Below are positions 47,062 through 56,996 of a DNA stretch of 64,000 nt, in pieces (positions within the stretch are counted from its first letter, which is position 1; every line of letters begins with the position of its first letter). Made by a program: the position numbers and the translations under genes. Source of the DNA: an uncultured Mycoplasma sp. (lineage in GTDB: Bacteria > Bacillota_I > Bacilli_A > RF39 > UBA660); assembly GCA_902493595.1 (NCBI GenBank), contig CABUPU010000004.1:9958-73957 (forward strand). The letters run 5' to 3'. The notes beneath the pieces were generated by a model. It did no database searches and was not told the DNA's origin. It worked only from the letters and a program-made list of their open reading frames with translations.

Positions 47062-48315
47062 TTAATTTACCACCTTTCCTAAATCTAAATGTTTTATGTA
47101 GTCTATATATTTATTTCTTCCTTCTTCATTTAAATGAAAATTGCAATTAAGTTCATCAGTACATTCAAATAAACTTACATCAGCATAACCTTCATTATCC
47201 TTTATTTCATTTGTAAAATCAATAAAATTTATATTATTTTCATAACAAAATCTTGCTAAATAATAATTTAAAATATTAATATTTTTTTGACTTGCTTTAT
47301 TTAGTGTACCATCATTTATTGGAAATATTGCTGAAAATATAATTTTTGTATCTTTATAATTTAACTTAATATTATCATAAAATTTTTGAAGTTCTCTTAC
47401 AAATACATCTTTTTGCATATAAAGTCCAGCATTAATTCCAGGACATACAATTAAATATTTTGGTTTATATTTTGTAAGAGCATCATTTAAAACTGTATTT
47501 TGTCTATTTTCATAAGTTTCAAAAGTCGAAGAATTCATTTGAGCAATGTTTAAGTTATTTCTTGCCCAAGTTTGATAAGCCGAAATATGTTTTCCTTTTT
47601 GATACAAAAATGATGTATTTGAGTCTCCTAAAAAGATAGTATCATTAAAATAATTATATTCATTTTCTTCATAAGTTAAAGTCGTTTTAGTAAATAGTCC
47701 TTTTAAAGTAAAATCTTTTATCGAACTTGTTAATGCACTATCATCAAGAACTTCAACAGTTCTTACAACTTTTGCTTTATTTTTAGAACTATCTATGGCC
47801 TCATACACAACCTCATACTTGCCTGCTTTGGTTTCATCAATATTATTTGTTACTTTAATTTTGCTATTAATATCTTTATCATAGTTATCAGTTATTTCAT
47901 AACCAGGTTCTTCATATTTACTATCTTTATTAAGATATATTATATTATCACCATTTAATGTTATTACAGGTTTTTCAATATCAACTACATGAATATTTCT
48001 AATAACACTTTTTTTAAAATTTAATAAGTTTGCTGTATATGTAACTTTATAATCTCCTAAAGAGGTATTATCAATATTATTTTTTACATCAACTTTTAAC
48101 TTTTTACCAAAAAATGTTGCTTTATAACCATTTTCAAAATAAGGACTATTTACATTTAAATAAATGTCTTTATCTCCGATTAAAATAATATTAAAAAGAA
48201 AATTCATACTAAAAAAAGTAACTAAAAATATAGCTATAATTATAAGTAAAAATTTATATTTTGTTTTTAATTTTAACTTCTTTTTCTTCATAACTACCCT
48301 ATAAAATAATACCAT
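47062..48315 (-). CDS. membrane-anchored protein with two Ig-like (DUF5011-type) repeats and a C-terminal SGNH-hydrolase-like domain
   Basis: Repeats 'GDYKVTYTA' and 'GKYEVVYEAIDSSKNKA', followed by 'IFLGDSNTSF'. Confidence 0.45.
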   Translation of the reverse strand: MVLFYRVVMKKKKLKLKTKYKFLLIIIAIFLVTFFSMNFLFNIILIGDKDIYLNVNSPYFENGYKATFFGKKLKVDVKNNIDNTSLGDYKVTYTANLLNFKKSVIRNIHVVDIEKPVITLNGDNIIYLNKDSKYEEPGYEITDNYDKDINSKIKVTNNIDETKAGKYEVVYEAIDSSKNKAKVVRTVEVLDDSALTSSIKDFTLKGLFTKTTLTYEENEYNYFNDTIFLGDSNTSFLYQKGKHISAYQTWARNNLNIAQMNSSTFETYENRQNTVLNDALTKYKPKYLIVCPGINAGLYMQKDVFVRELQKFYDNIKLNYKDTKIIFSAIFPINDGTLNKASQKNINILNYYLARFCYENNINFIDFTNEIKDNEGYADVSLFECTDELNCNFHLNEEGRNKYIDYIKHLDLGKVVN

Positions 48316-48334
48316 TTAAATTAATTAATTTCAA

Positions 48335-49189
48335 TTATTTTGAGTTTAAATATTCATTTAATTTATCTTTTATATTATTATAATCTTTTATTCCAATATC
48401 ATATATTCTATCTATTTCTTTTTTATTTACTTTATTAAGACTTATATCAATATTTTCTGAGGGATATATAGCAAATATTTTATTTTCACTACTTAATTTA
48501 TCAATTATTTCTAATGATTCATTATACTGTTTATATCTATTAAGCATTGCTTTAATAAATTTAGGATATTTCTTATACTTAGTTTTTATTCCTATAATTT
48601 CTCCTTTATTAAATGGTTTTTTAATAAAACCTTTTTCCCTTGTTAAAATAACAATAATTCTATCATATTCTAAAGATAAAGCTTTTTTAATTGGAATGCT
48701 ATCACATATTGCTCCATCTAAATAATAATTATTATTAATTTCTACAATATTTGTTAAAAAAGGCATTGCACTACTTGCTCTTAATACTTCAATCTGATTA
48801 TAAACATTATTTACTTCAATATATTCAGGTAGACCAGTTTCAACATTCGATACTGTTGCTAAAAGAAGTTTGTAATTTTTTTCATATTCTTTTTCATCAA
48901 ATACTTCAATATTTTTAGTAACATTATAATAAGCAAAATCTTTATTAACAAAATTACCAGTTTCAATTAATGATTTTTTACCCATATATCTTGAATCTTT
49001 ACAATATTTTCTATTAATATTTAAACATCTTCCTATTTGCCTAGAATAATAATTTGGAGCTATTAAAGCACCTGCAGAAACACCAATTATTGCATCTATA
49101 TTAATATTATCTTCGATAAATTTATCTATTATTGCAGCAGTATATGTACCCCTAAAAGCACCACCCTCTAAAACTAAAAGTGTTTTCAT
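48335..49189 (-). CDS. patatin-like phospholipase
   Basis: 'LVLEGGAFRGTYTAAI' oxyanion hole, 'GVSAGA' GxSxG and a 'DGA' catalytic Asp. Confidence 0.75.
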   Translation of the reverse strand: MKTLLVLEGGAFRGTYTAAIIDKFIEDNINIDAIIGVSAGALIAPNYYSRQIGRCLNINRKYCKDSRYMGKKSLIETGNFVNKDFAYYNVTKNIEVFDEKEYEKNYKLLLATVSNVETGLPEYIEVNNVYNQIEVLRASSAMPFLTNIVEINNNYYLDGAICDSIPIKKALSLEYDRIIVILTREKGFIKKPFNKGEIIGIKTKYKKYPKFIKAMLNRYKQYNESLEIIDKLSSENKIFAIYPSENIDISLNKVNKKEIDRIYDIGIKDYNNIKDKLNEYLNSK

Positions 49190-49334
49190 GTATCCTCCTT
49201 TTCAAAATAATTATATCTTCTTTTTTATTAAAAGTATATATACTTTAGATTAATAATTAATATATCAATAATCTTTTTTACCATTTTTGTGTATTTACAC
49301 ACTTTTGGTAAATTGGTATTCATAATAATTTTAT

Positions 49335-49365
49335 TCTAAAAAAATGCGGCCTGTAAAAAGGCCGC
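49335..49365 (-). terminator. rho-independent terminator of recG
   Basis: GCGGCC-N8-GGCCGC with a U-run on the minus strand. Confidence 0.55.
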
Positions 49366-49518
49366 TCAGGGGGTTTTGGTTTGACTATTCCTCACATTAT
49401 AATTCGTAAGGTTTTAGTCAGGCATAGGTTTTTATTTGTCCTATGCTAATTAAATGATAATATGATTTTTTAAAAAAGTCAATTATTTTCTTTACACTTT
49501 ACTAATGCTTTACACTTT

Positions 49519-51492
49519 TTAATCTGTGATGTTTAAATTTTGAGCTAAGTCTTTATAATATTCATTATTTAAATATTCTTTACTATCAATAAATTTTTTT
49601 GCATCTTCATTAGCAAATAGTAAAATATTATAATCATTTTTTAAATTAGCAAGTTTAAATGACATATCTCCATGTTGTTTAACACCAAATAAATCTCCAT
49701 GACCACGCATTTCAAAATCTTTTTGAGATATATAGAAACCATCATTACTTTCCTCCATTACTTTAAGACGATCATTATCACTATCACTAATTAAATAGCA
49801 ATAACTTTGTAAATCACTTCTTCCTACTCTTCCTCTTAACTGATGAAGTGTTGCAAGTCCAAATCTTTCAGCATTAAATATTACCATCATGGTAGCATTA
49901 GAAACATCTATACCTACTTCAATAACGGTGGTTGCTATTAATATTTTAATCTGATTATTTTTAAAATCATTCATGATACTTTCTTTTTCACTAGTTTTCA
50001 TTTTTCCATGAATTATTTCAATTCTAAATAAATTTTTAAATGCAAGTGATAGTTTTTCCTTTAACAAATTTATACTTGTTAAATTTAATGATTCATCCTC
50101 TTCGACTAAAGGAGACACTACATATATTTGATGGCCTAATTTTATTTGTTCAAGCATAAGTCCAAGCACCTCTTTAATATCACTATTTTTCTTAACCTTT
50201 GTAATAATATCTTTTCTACCAGTTGGTTTAGTTTTAATATATGAAATATCTAAATCACCATAAATAGTCATTGCATAAGTTCTAGGAATAGGTGTTGCTG
50301 ATAAATATAAAATATCAGGGCATTTTGATTTATCTTCCAAAGTAAATCTTTGATGTACTCCAAAACGGTGTTGTTCATCTGTTATAACAAGTCCTAAATT
50401 ATTAAATATAATATTTTCATTTAATAATGAATGTGTTCCAATTAATAAATCTATTTCTTTATTTTGTACCCTTTTATAAATTGCTTCTTTTTCTTTTTTA
50501 GACATTGAACCAGTTATTAACTCAACAGCTACATTAAATTTATCAAGTATTTTTTTAATACTAAAATAGTGTTGAGTAGCAAGTACTTCAGTTGGAGCCA
50601 TTAAAGTAGATTCAAATCCAGCAATAAAATTAGCATAGATTGCTCCCACGGCTACAACAGTTTTACCACTTCCAACATCTCCTAAAAGAAGTCTATTCAT
50701 TTTTTTATTTGAACTCATATCTTGAACAATTTCACTATAAGCATTATCTTGATCAGTAGTTAAAGAAAATGGTAATAATTTTTTAAATTCATTTATTTTA
50801 TTTATATCAATATTTTTAGGTTCTTTATCTTTTCTAATATTTTGATTTTTAAAATAATTCATTTTAAATGAAAAATCAAATAATTCTTCATAAATTAATC
50901 TATTTTTAGCATAATGAACCATTTTTAAATCATTTGCAAAATGAATATTATATAATGCATCTTTTTTAGATAATAAATTATATTTTGAAATAATATTACT
51001 TGGTAAAGAATCTTTAATATATATATTATTAAAATTATCTTTTATTAATTTAGAAACTGTATTATTAGTTATTCCTTTTGTTAAATGATATACTGGTTCT
51101 ATTTGACCATTAGTTACATTAAATTTTATATCCGAAGATGTAAATATATTTTTCTTAAAATCATATTTACCAATAATAGTTATATTTTTTCCAATAGTTA
51201 AATTTGTTTTTAAATAAGCTCTATTAAATATTACTACATTAAAAATTCTTTCATTATACCTTGCTCTAAATGATAATCTATTAAAATTTTTTTTAATATA
51301 TGAAACAATTGGATTAGATTCAATAATTACATTTATTATTAAGGTAGAATTATCTATTAATTTATTTGAAAAATTATAAACATTATATCTATATGGATAA
51401 TAATTTATTAAATCATCATCTGTAAATATTCCTAGTTTATTTAATATTTTTGAAGTTTTTTCACCCACCTGGTGTAAATTTTTTATGTCCAT
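49519..51492 (-). CDS. recG: ATP-dependent DNA helicase RecG
   Basis: 'GDVGSGKT', 'DEQHRFG' and a wedge domain. RBS GGAGGTAAA. Confidence 0.9.
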   Translation of the reverse strand: MDIKNLHQVGEKTSKILNKLGIFTDDDLINYYPYRYNVYNFSNKLIDNSTLIINVIIESNPIVSYIKKNFNRLSFRARYNERIFNVVIFNRAYLKTNLTIGKNITIIGKYDFKKNIFTSSDIKFNVTNGQIEPVYHLTKGITNNTVSKLIKDNFNNIYIKDSLPSNIISKYNLLSKKDALYNIHFANDLKMVHYAKNRLIYEELFDFSFKMNYFKNQNIRKDKEPKNIDINKINEFKKLLPFSLTTDQDNAYSEIVQDMSSNKKMNRLLLGDVGSGKTVVAVGAIYANFIAGFESTLMAPTEVLATQHYFSIKKILDKFNVAVELITGSMSKKEKEAIYKRVQNKEIDLLIGTHSLLNENIIFNNLGLVITDEQHRFGVHQRFTLEDKSKCPDILYLSATPIPRTYAMTIYGDLDISYIKTKPTGRKDIITKVKKNSDIKEVLGLMLEQIKLGHQIYVVSPLVEEDESLNLTSINLLKEKLSLAFKNLFRIEIIHGKMKTSEKESIMNDFKNNQIKILIATTVIEVGIDVSNATMMVIFNAERFGLATLHQLRGRVGRSDLQSYCYLISDSDNDRLKVMEESNDGFYISQKDFEMRGHGDLFGVKQHGDMSFKLANLKNDYNILLFANEDAKKFIDSKEYLNNEYYKDLAQNLNITD

Positions 51493-51720
51493 TTTACCTC
51501 CAACCTAATTGTATCAAACTTTATAAAAAAAGCAAATATAAAGTTTTTTAAAAAAATATGTAAAATGAGTGTAAAGTTAATTGACTTTTTATCATATATG
51601 CTTTAGTATATTAATTACCAAATCACTTAAGAAGGCGATTTGGTGCTAGTATCACACTAGTCAACCCCTTTTTATTCTTTGAGGCCCTAAAGGCCTCGTT
51701 TTTTTATGAAAAAAAGAATA

Positions 51721-54700
51721 CTAATCAGTACTCTTTATTTTATTATAATAATTATATCTTTCTTTAGCATTATTAATTTGTATATTAAGAAGTTTATTTG
51801 CTAAAGAATTATCTTTTATTTTTAAAGCATTATATCTTACTTCATTATTTAAAAATTCTTCATACTTATCAAAATTAGGTTCTTTTGAATCAAGATATAG
51901 TTTATTATCTTTATATCTCATTAAAAGTGTATAACCACACTCTACTGCAAGTTTTTCTTCGTTAATTGAGTTACACATTCCACCCTTGATACCATGTTCT
52001 ATACAAGGACAATAACATATTACAATTGAGGGACCATTATGATTTTCTGCTTCAGTTAATGTTTTAATTGCTTGAACATTATTGGCTCCCAAACAAATTG
52101 ATCCAACATATACATTAGGGGCGCACATAGCAATTTTGAATAAATCTTTTTTACTAGTTTTCTTACCAAAATCTGCAAATTCAGCAACAGCACCAACTTT
52201 AGTTGATTTACTTGCTTGTCCTCCAGTATTTGAATAAACCTCTGTATCAAGAACTAAAATATTAATATTTTCATTTGAATGAAGAATATGATCTATTCCA
52301 TTATATCCTATATCATAAGCCCAACCATCACCACCAATAGCCCAAACACTTTTTTTAGGTATATATTCTTTTAAATCATATAATTCTTTTGGTAAAGTTA
52401 AATCATCCATATTTTTTACAAAATTATTTGTAATTTCATAATTATCAAAATTTAAAAGTAAATTTAAACAAGCATCTTTTTCTTTTTCAGAATAAGAATT
52501 AATAGAGTTAGAAATAATATTTTTTATTCTATTTCTTTTTTGCTTATATGATGTATAAATACCATAAGCAAATTCTGCATTATCTTCGAAAAGTGAATTT
52601 GCCCAAGGAACTAAATATGGTGTTGATGGAAAACTACCTCCGTAAATACTTGAACATCCTGTAGCATTAGCAATAACTAATTTTTCTCCAACAATTTGAG
52701 TTAATAATTTAATATATGGAGTTTCCCCACAACCAGCACAAGCGCCAGAAAATTCAAATAAAGGTTTTGTTAATGATATTCCTTTTATAGTGTTTTTTGG
52801 ATATAATGATGGATTTTCATATGTATTAAATAATTCATCCGTTGGAATAACATTTGTTTCTAAAGTAAGAGCTTTAGTAGGACAAACTCCTACGCATAAA
52901 CCACATCCAGTACAATCTTTATTACTAATACCTACAAAATAATTATATTCATCATTTCCTAAAAGAGGTTTACCAAGTGATTTATCTTTAGTAATAAATG
53001 GTCTTATTACACTATGAGGACAAACTATATTACATGCTCCACATTCAATACATTTATCTATATTCCATTTTGGAGTAAGCATAGAAACATCTCTTTTTTC
53101 ATATTTAGATAGTCCACATTTAACTCCACCATTACTAAACATTTTAACTTCACTTGTAGAAAGGTTTTCTCCTTTTCTATTATTTATTAAAGTATAAATA
53201 TCTTTTTCTTCATTTTCCTCTTTTGCAAAACTATCTATTATTTTTACATCTTTTATTTCATTTAATGATGCATTTATAGCATTAATATTATTATTAACAA
53301 CATCTTCACCTTTAGTCATAAAGGCCTTTTTAACGGAATTAACAACCATTTCTTTAGCATTTGGTACATTTAATAGATTAAGTATATTTACTTCCATAAT
53401 TTTGCTTATTTTGCCATTTAAATGATTTTCATAAGCAATCCTTTGTGCATTAATTATTTTTACATTTATATTTTTAGATATAATTTCTTTTTTTATAGAA
53501 CTACTTAAATAATCATTTAATTCTTTTTCATTTTTAATAGTATTTATTAAAAGGATTCCATTATCTTTTATACCAGAAAGCATATCATATCTTTCAAAGT
53601 AAACATCCTTTGTTACAACCACTAAAGTAGGACTAGTTACATAAAAAGGTGCATTAATACTATTATCTCCCATTCTTAAATGAGATATAGTTACTCCACC
53701 ACTTTTTTTAGAATCATATTCAAAATAACCTTCAACATATTTTCCTAAACTTTCATGTAATAATGTAAGCATATTTTTCGAGGCACTTACCATTCCATCT
53801 GAACCAAAACCATATATTTTAAATTCTTCATAATTATTAGATAATTTATAATCAGTTTTTGGTAAACTTAAATGAGTTAAATCATCATTTATACCAATTG
53901 TAAAACTATTTTGAGGTTTACTTTCTAAACTATCATAAACACTTTTTATATCACTAGGACTAGTATTTTTACTAGATAGTCCATATCTTCCTCCGACAAT
54001 CTCAATATTTTTATCTTTTAACGAAGATAATACATCTAAATAAAGTGGTTCACCAATACTTCCAGCTTCTTTAGTCCTATCTAATACAGCAATTTTTTGT
54101 ACGCTTTTAGGAAGTACTTGCTCTAAATATTTTTTACTAAATGGTCTATATAAATGAACCTCAATTAAGCCATAATCATTATTACCATTTTTTATTTCAT
54201 TATCAATTACAAGTTTAATAGTGTCATTTACACTACCCATTGCAATAATTATATATTTAGCATTATCACTTCCATAGTAATTAAATGGTTTATAACTAGT
54301 TCCCATTATTTCATTAATGTTAGTCATATATTCATTAACAATATCTGGCATTTTATCATATAATTCATTTCTACTTTCAGTTATTTGAAAATATACATCC
54401 TCAGTTTGACTTGTTCCATAATTTAAATCTGAAAGTAATGCTCTTTTCTTAAAACTTTCTAAAGCATTTTTATCTACTAAAGGAAGTAGTTTTTCTTCGG
54501 GTAATTCTTTTATTGTATTAAGTTCATGACTTGTTCTAAAACCATCAAAAAAGTGTATAAAAGGAAGACTTCCCTTTATCGCAGACAAATGTGCTACTGC
54601 CGCAAGGTTTTGAGCATCATAAACATTACTACTTGCAAGCATGCAGCATCCTGTCATTCTCGCAGAATATATATCACTATGATCACCAAATATTGAAAGA

Positions 54701-55047
54701 GCATGTGTTGCAATACTTCTAGCAGCAACATGAATTACTCCAGGAAGACATTCACCCGCTATTTTATATAAATTTGGAATCATTAATAGTAATCCTTGAC
54801 TTGCTGTATAAGTAGATGCTAAACTTCCAGATAATAATGCTCCATGAAGTGCACCAGCCGCTCCAAGTTCTGATTCCATTTCTACCACAGTAGGTTTATC
54901 ATTAAATATATTTTTTTTATCAGTATGCGTTAAATAATCAATATTTTCAGCCATCGGTGAGGATGGTGTAATTGGATATATTGAACATATCTCACTAAAC
55001 AAATATGCTACACTACTACACGCTTTATTTCCATCAACTATTTTCAT
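51721..55047 (-). CDS. nifJ: pyruvate:ferredoxin (flavodoxin) oxidoreductase, single-chain PFOR
   Basis: N-terminal 'IYPITPSSPM', ferredoxin 'CIECGACNIVCPH' / 'CTGCGLCVGVCP' and TPP motif 'GGDGWAYDIGYNG'. Confidence 0.9.
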   Translation of the reverse strand: MKIVDGNKACSSVAYLFSEICSIYPITPSSPMAENIDYLTHTDKKNIFNDKPTVVEMESELGAAGALHGALLSGSLASTYTASQGLLLMIPNLYKIAGECLPGVIHVAARSIATHALSIFGDHSDIYSARMTGCCMLASSNVYDAQNLAAVAHLSAIKGSLPFIHFFDGFRTSHELNTIKELPEEKLLPLVDKNALESFKKRALLSDLNYGTSQTEDVYFQITESRNELYDKMPDIVNEYMTNINEIMGTSYKPFNYYGSDNAKYIIIAMGSVNDTIKLVIDNEIKNGNNDYGLIEVHLYRPFSKKYLEQVLPKSVQKIAVLDRTKEAGSIGEPLYLDVLSSLKDKNIEIVGGRYGLSSKNTSPSDIKSVYDSLESKPQNSFTIGINDDLTHLSLPKTDYKLSNNYEEFKIYGFGSDGMVSASKNMLTLLHESLGKYVEGYFEYDSKKSGGVTISHLRMGDNSINAPFYVTSPTLVVVTKDVYFERYDMLSGIKDNGILLINTIKNEKELNDYLSSSIKKEIISKNINVKIINAQRIAYENHLNGKISKIMEVNILNLLNVPNAKEMVVNSVKKAFMTKGEDVVNNNINAINASLNEIKDVKIIDSFAKEENEEKDIYTLINNRKGENLSTSEVKMFSNGGVKCGLSKYEKRDVSMLTPKWNIDKCIECGACNIVCPHSVIRPFITKDKSLGKPLLGNDEYNYFVGISNKDCTGCGLCVGVCPTKALTLETNVIPTDELFNTYENPSLYPKNTIKGISLTKPLFEFSGACAGCGETPYIKLLTQIVGEKLVIANATGCSSIYGGSFPSTPYLVPWANSLFEDNAEFAYGIYTSYKQKRNRIKNIISNSINSYSEKEKDACLNLLLNFDNYEITNNFVKNMDDLTLPKELYDLKEYIPKKSVWAIGGDGWAYDIGYNGIDHILHSNENINILVLDTEVYSNTGGQASKSTKVGAVAEFADFGKKTSKKDLFKIAMCAPNVYVGSICLGANNVQAIKTLTEAENHNGPSIVICYCPCIEHGIKGGMCNSINEEKLAVECGYTLLMRYKDNKLYLDSKEPNFDKYEEFLNNEVRYNALKIKDNSLANKLLNIQINNAKERYNYYNKIKSTD

Positions 55048-55059
55048 TTTCTATCACCA

Positions 55060-55087
55060 CTTTAATTATATAAAAAAAACTAGCATT
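55060..55087 (-). terminator. terminator of eno
   Basis: AAACTAG-catttta-CTAGTTT with a U-run on the minus strand. Confidence 0.5.
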
Positions 55088-55090
55088 TTA

Positions 55091-56308
55091 CTAGTTTAAT
55101 TTATCTTCGATTTCCATAAGTCGATTATATTTACAAATCCTTTCTCCTCTTGAAACAGAACCTGTTTTAATAAAATCAAGATTTAGTCCTACACCTAAGT
55201 CCGCAATAAAGGTATCCATTGTTTCACCACTTCGATGAGAAATAATTGTTTTATACCCATTTTTCTTTGCGGTATAAATAGTATCTAAAAATTCAGTTAC
55301 ACTACCAACTTGATTAGCTTTAAGAAGTATTGCATTTCCAGCACCAAGTTCTATACCTTTTTCTAAATATTTTTTTTGAGATACAAATAAATCATCACCA
55401 ACAATCATTATTTTACCATTAAAATATTTAGTTAATTTACTAAAACTTTCATAATCATTTTCTTCGAAAGGATCTTCAATACTTATAATTGGATATTTTT
55501 TTATTAAATCTACATAATAATCAAATAATTCATCCTTTGATAACTTTTTACCATCGACTAAATAGCTATTTCCATCGTATAGTTCTGATGCTGCAACATC
55601 AAGGGCAAAAAATACATCAGTTCCTGGAGTATAACCACTTTCTGTAATAGCCTTTACTAAAATCATTAAGGCTTCTTCATTATTTTTTAAATCTGGTGCA
55701 AATCCACCTTCATCACCAACACCTGTTGATAAATGATAACCCTTTAAAATAGATTTTAAAGTATTAAATATTTCACTTGCACATCTAATTCTTTCTTTTT
55801 CCTCTTTTTGAACAGGAACAAGCATAAACTCTTGAATATCTAAATTATTATCAGCGTGTTTTCCACCGTTAATAACATTAATCATTGGTACAGGCATATT
55901 AAATTTACCAGTACTAACAAACTCAAATAATTCTTTACCTTCGAGTTTTGCTAAACATTTTAAAGCACATAGTGATACCCCTAAAATGGCATTAGCTCCA
56001 AGTTTAGATTTATTTTCAGTTCCATCAAGTTCAAGCATCTTTTTATCAACATTTTTAATATTTAAATCCATATTATAAAGTGCTGGGAATATTATTTCAT
56101 TAACATTTCTTACAGCCTTTAAAACACCTTTACCATGATATCTTTCATCATTATCACGAAGTTCTAACGCTTCCTTACTTCCTGTTGAGGCTCCAGATGG
56201 AATAGATGATACAGCCTCAACTCCATTTTCTAAGGCCAAAGTTACCTCTAAAGTGGGATTTGATCTACTATCAAGAATTTCTCTTGCTTTTATTTCTTTT
56301 ATCTTCAT
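55091..56308 (-). CDS. eno: enolase (phosphopyruvate hydratase)
   Basis: 'ILDSRSNPTLEV' and 'SHRSGETED'-like 'SHRSGETMDTFIADL'. Confidence 0.9.
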   Translation of the reverse strand: MKIKEIKAREILDSRSNPTLEVTLALENGVEAVSSIPSGASTGSKEALELRDNDERYHGKGVLKAVRNVNEIIFPALYNMDLNIKNVDKKMLELDGTENKSKLGANAILGVSLCALKCLAKLEGKELFEFVSTGKFNMPVPMINVINGGKHADNNLDIQEFMLVPVQKEEKERIRCASEIFNTLKSILKGYHLSTGVGDEGGFAPDLKNNEEALMILVKAITESGYTPGTDVFFALDVAASELYDGNSYLVDGKKLSKDELFDYYVDLIKKYPIISIEDPFEENDYESFSKLTKYFNGKIMIVGDDLFVSQKKYLEKGIELGAGNAILLKANQVGSVTEFLDTIYTAKKNGYKTIISHRSGETMDTFIADLGVGLNLDFIKTGSVSRGERICKYNRLMEIEDKLN

Positions 56309-56314
56309 AATTAC

Positions 56315-56947
56315 CTACCAAAATATCTTTGTTATTTCATTTGCTCTTTTCTTAAGAAGTATTAAATCTGTTATATCAAGAATACTTGAAAGCACTAAAA
56401 ATGTTCCAATTACTTGAGTAACCGTAAGTGCGGAAAATGGATTTGATAATACTAATATTCCAAATACCATAAGCATTACTCCAATTACAAAAGTAATTAA
56501 CCAAGATGAATCATCACCTATTTTAAACCATACACCATAAGTTACTTTATTTGCTCCGAATACAATTAAATATAATCCTAAACAAATTGTTAAAAATGAT
56601 GTAACTGAAAATGGAACTAATATAATAATTGCTCCGATTAAAACAAGTATTATTCCAAAAAGCAAATTAAGTGAATAAAGTTTTGCACCATTTCTTGATA
56701 TAAACTTATAAATTGTATTAATACCTGAAAGTGCAAATAAAGCTCCAGTTATAACACCAATTAACTTATTAGACATTTCTGGCATAAATATAAGTACTGC
56801 TCCAATTAAAGCAATAACAATTGAAGTTACTATAGACATCATAATAAATTTATTAAATCTATCACTTATTGTCTCTCTAACTATTCTTCCCATATTTTTT
56901 TCACATCCTAACATATATATTATAATAATTTTTTTTACTAATTGCAA
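56315..56947 (-). CDS. DUF308 / HdeD-like repeat membrane protein
   Basis: Repeated TM pairs with GxxxG-type motifs. Confidence 0.45.
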   Translation of the reverse strand: MQLVKKIIIIYMLGCEKNMGRIVRETISDRFNKFIMMSIVTSIVIALIGAVLIFMPEMSNKLIGVITGALFALSGINTIYKFISRNGAKLYSLNLLFGIILVLIGAIIILVPFSVTSFLTICLGLYLIVFGANKVTYGVWFKIGDDSSWLITFVIGVMLMVFGILVLSNPFSALTVTQVIGTFLVLSSILDITDLILLKKRANEITKIFW

Positions 56948-56996
56948 TTATTTATTTTTAATGATATAATATTCTCTTTAAAAAAGGAGGATAAAT

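Noticed and set aside
49488-49518. Short direct repeat CTTTACACTTT x2 next to the recG stop
   Set aside because: Too short and AT-rich to distinguish from chance.
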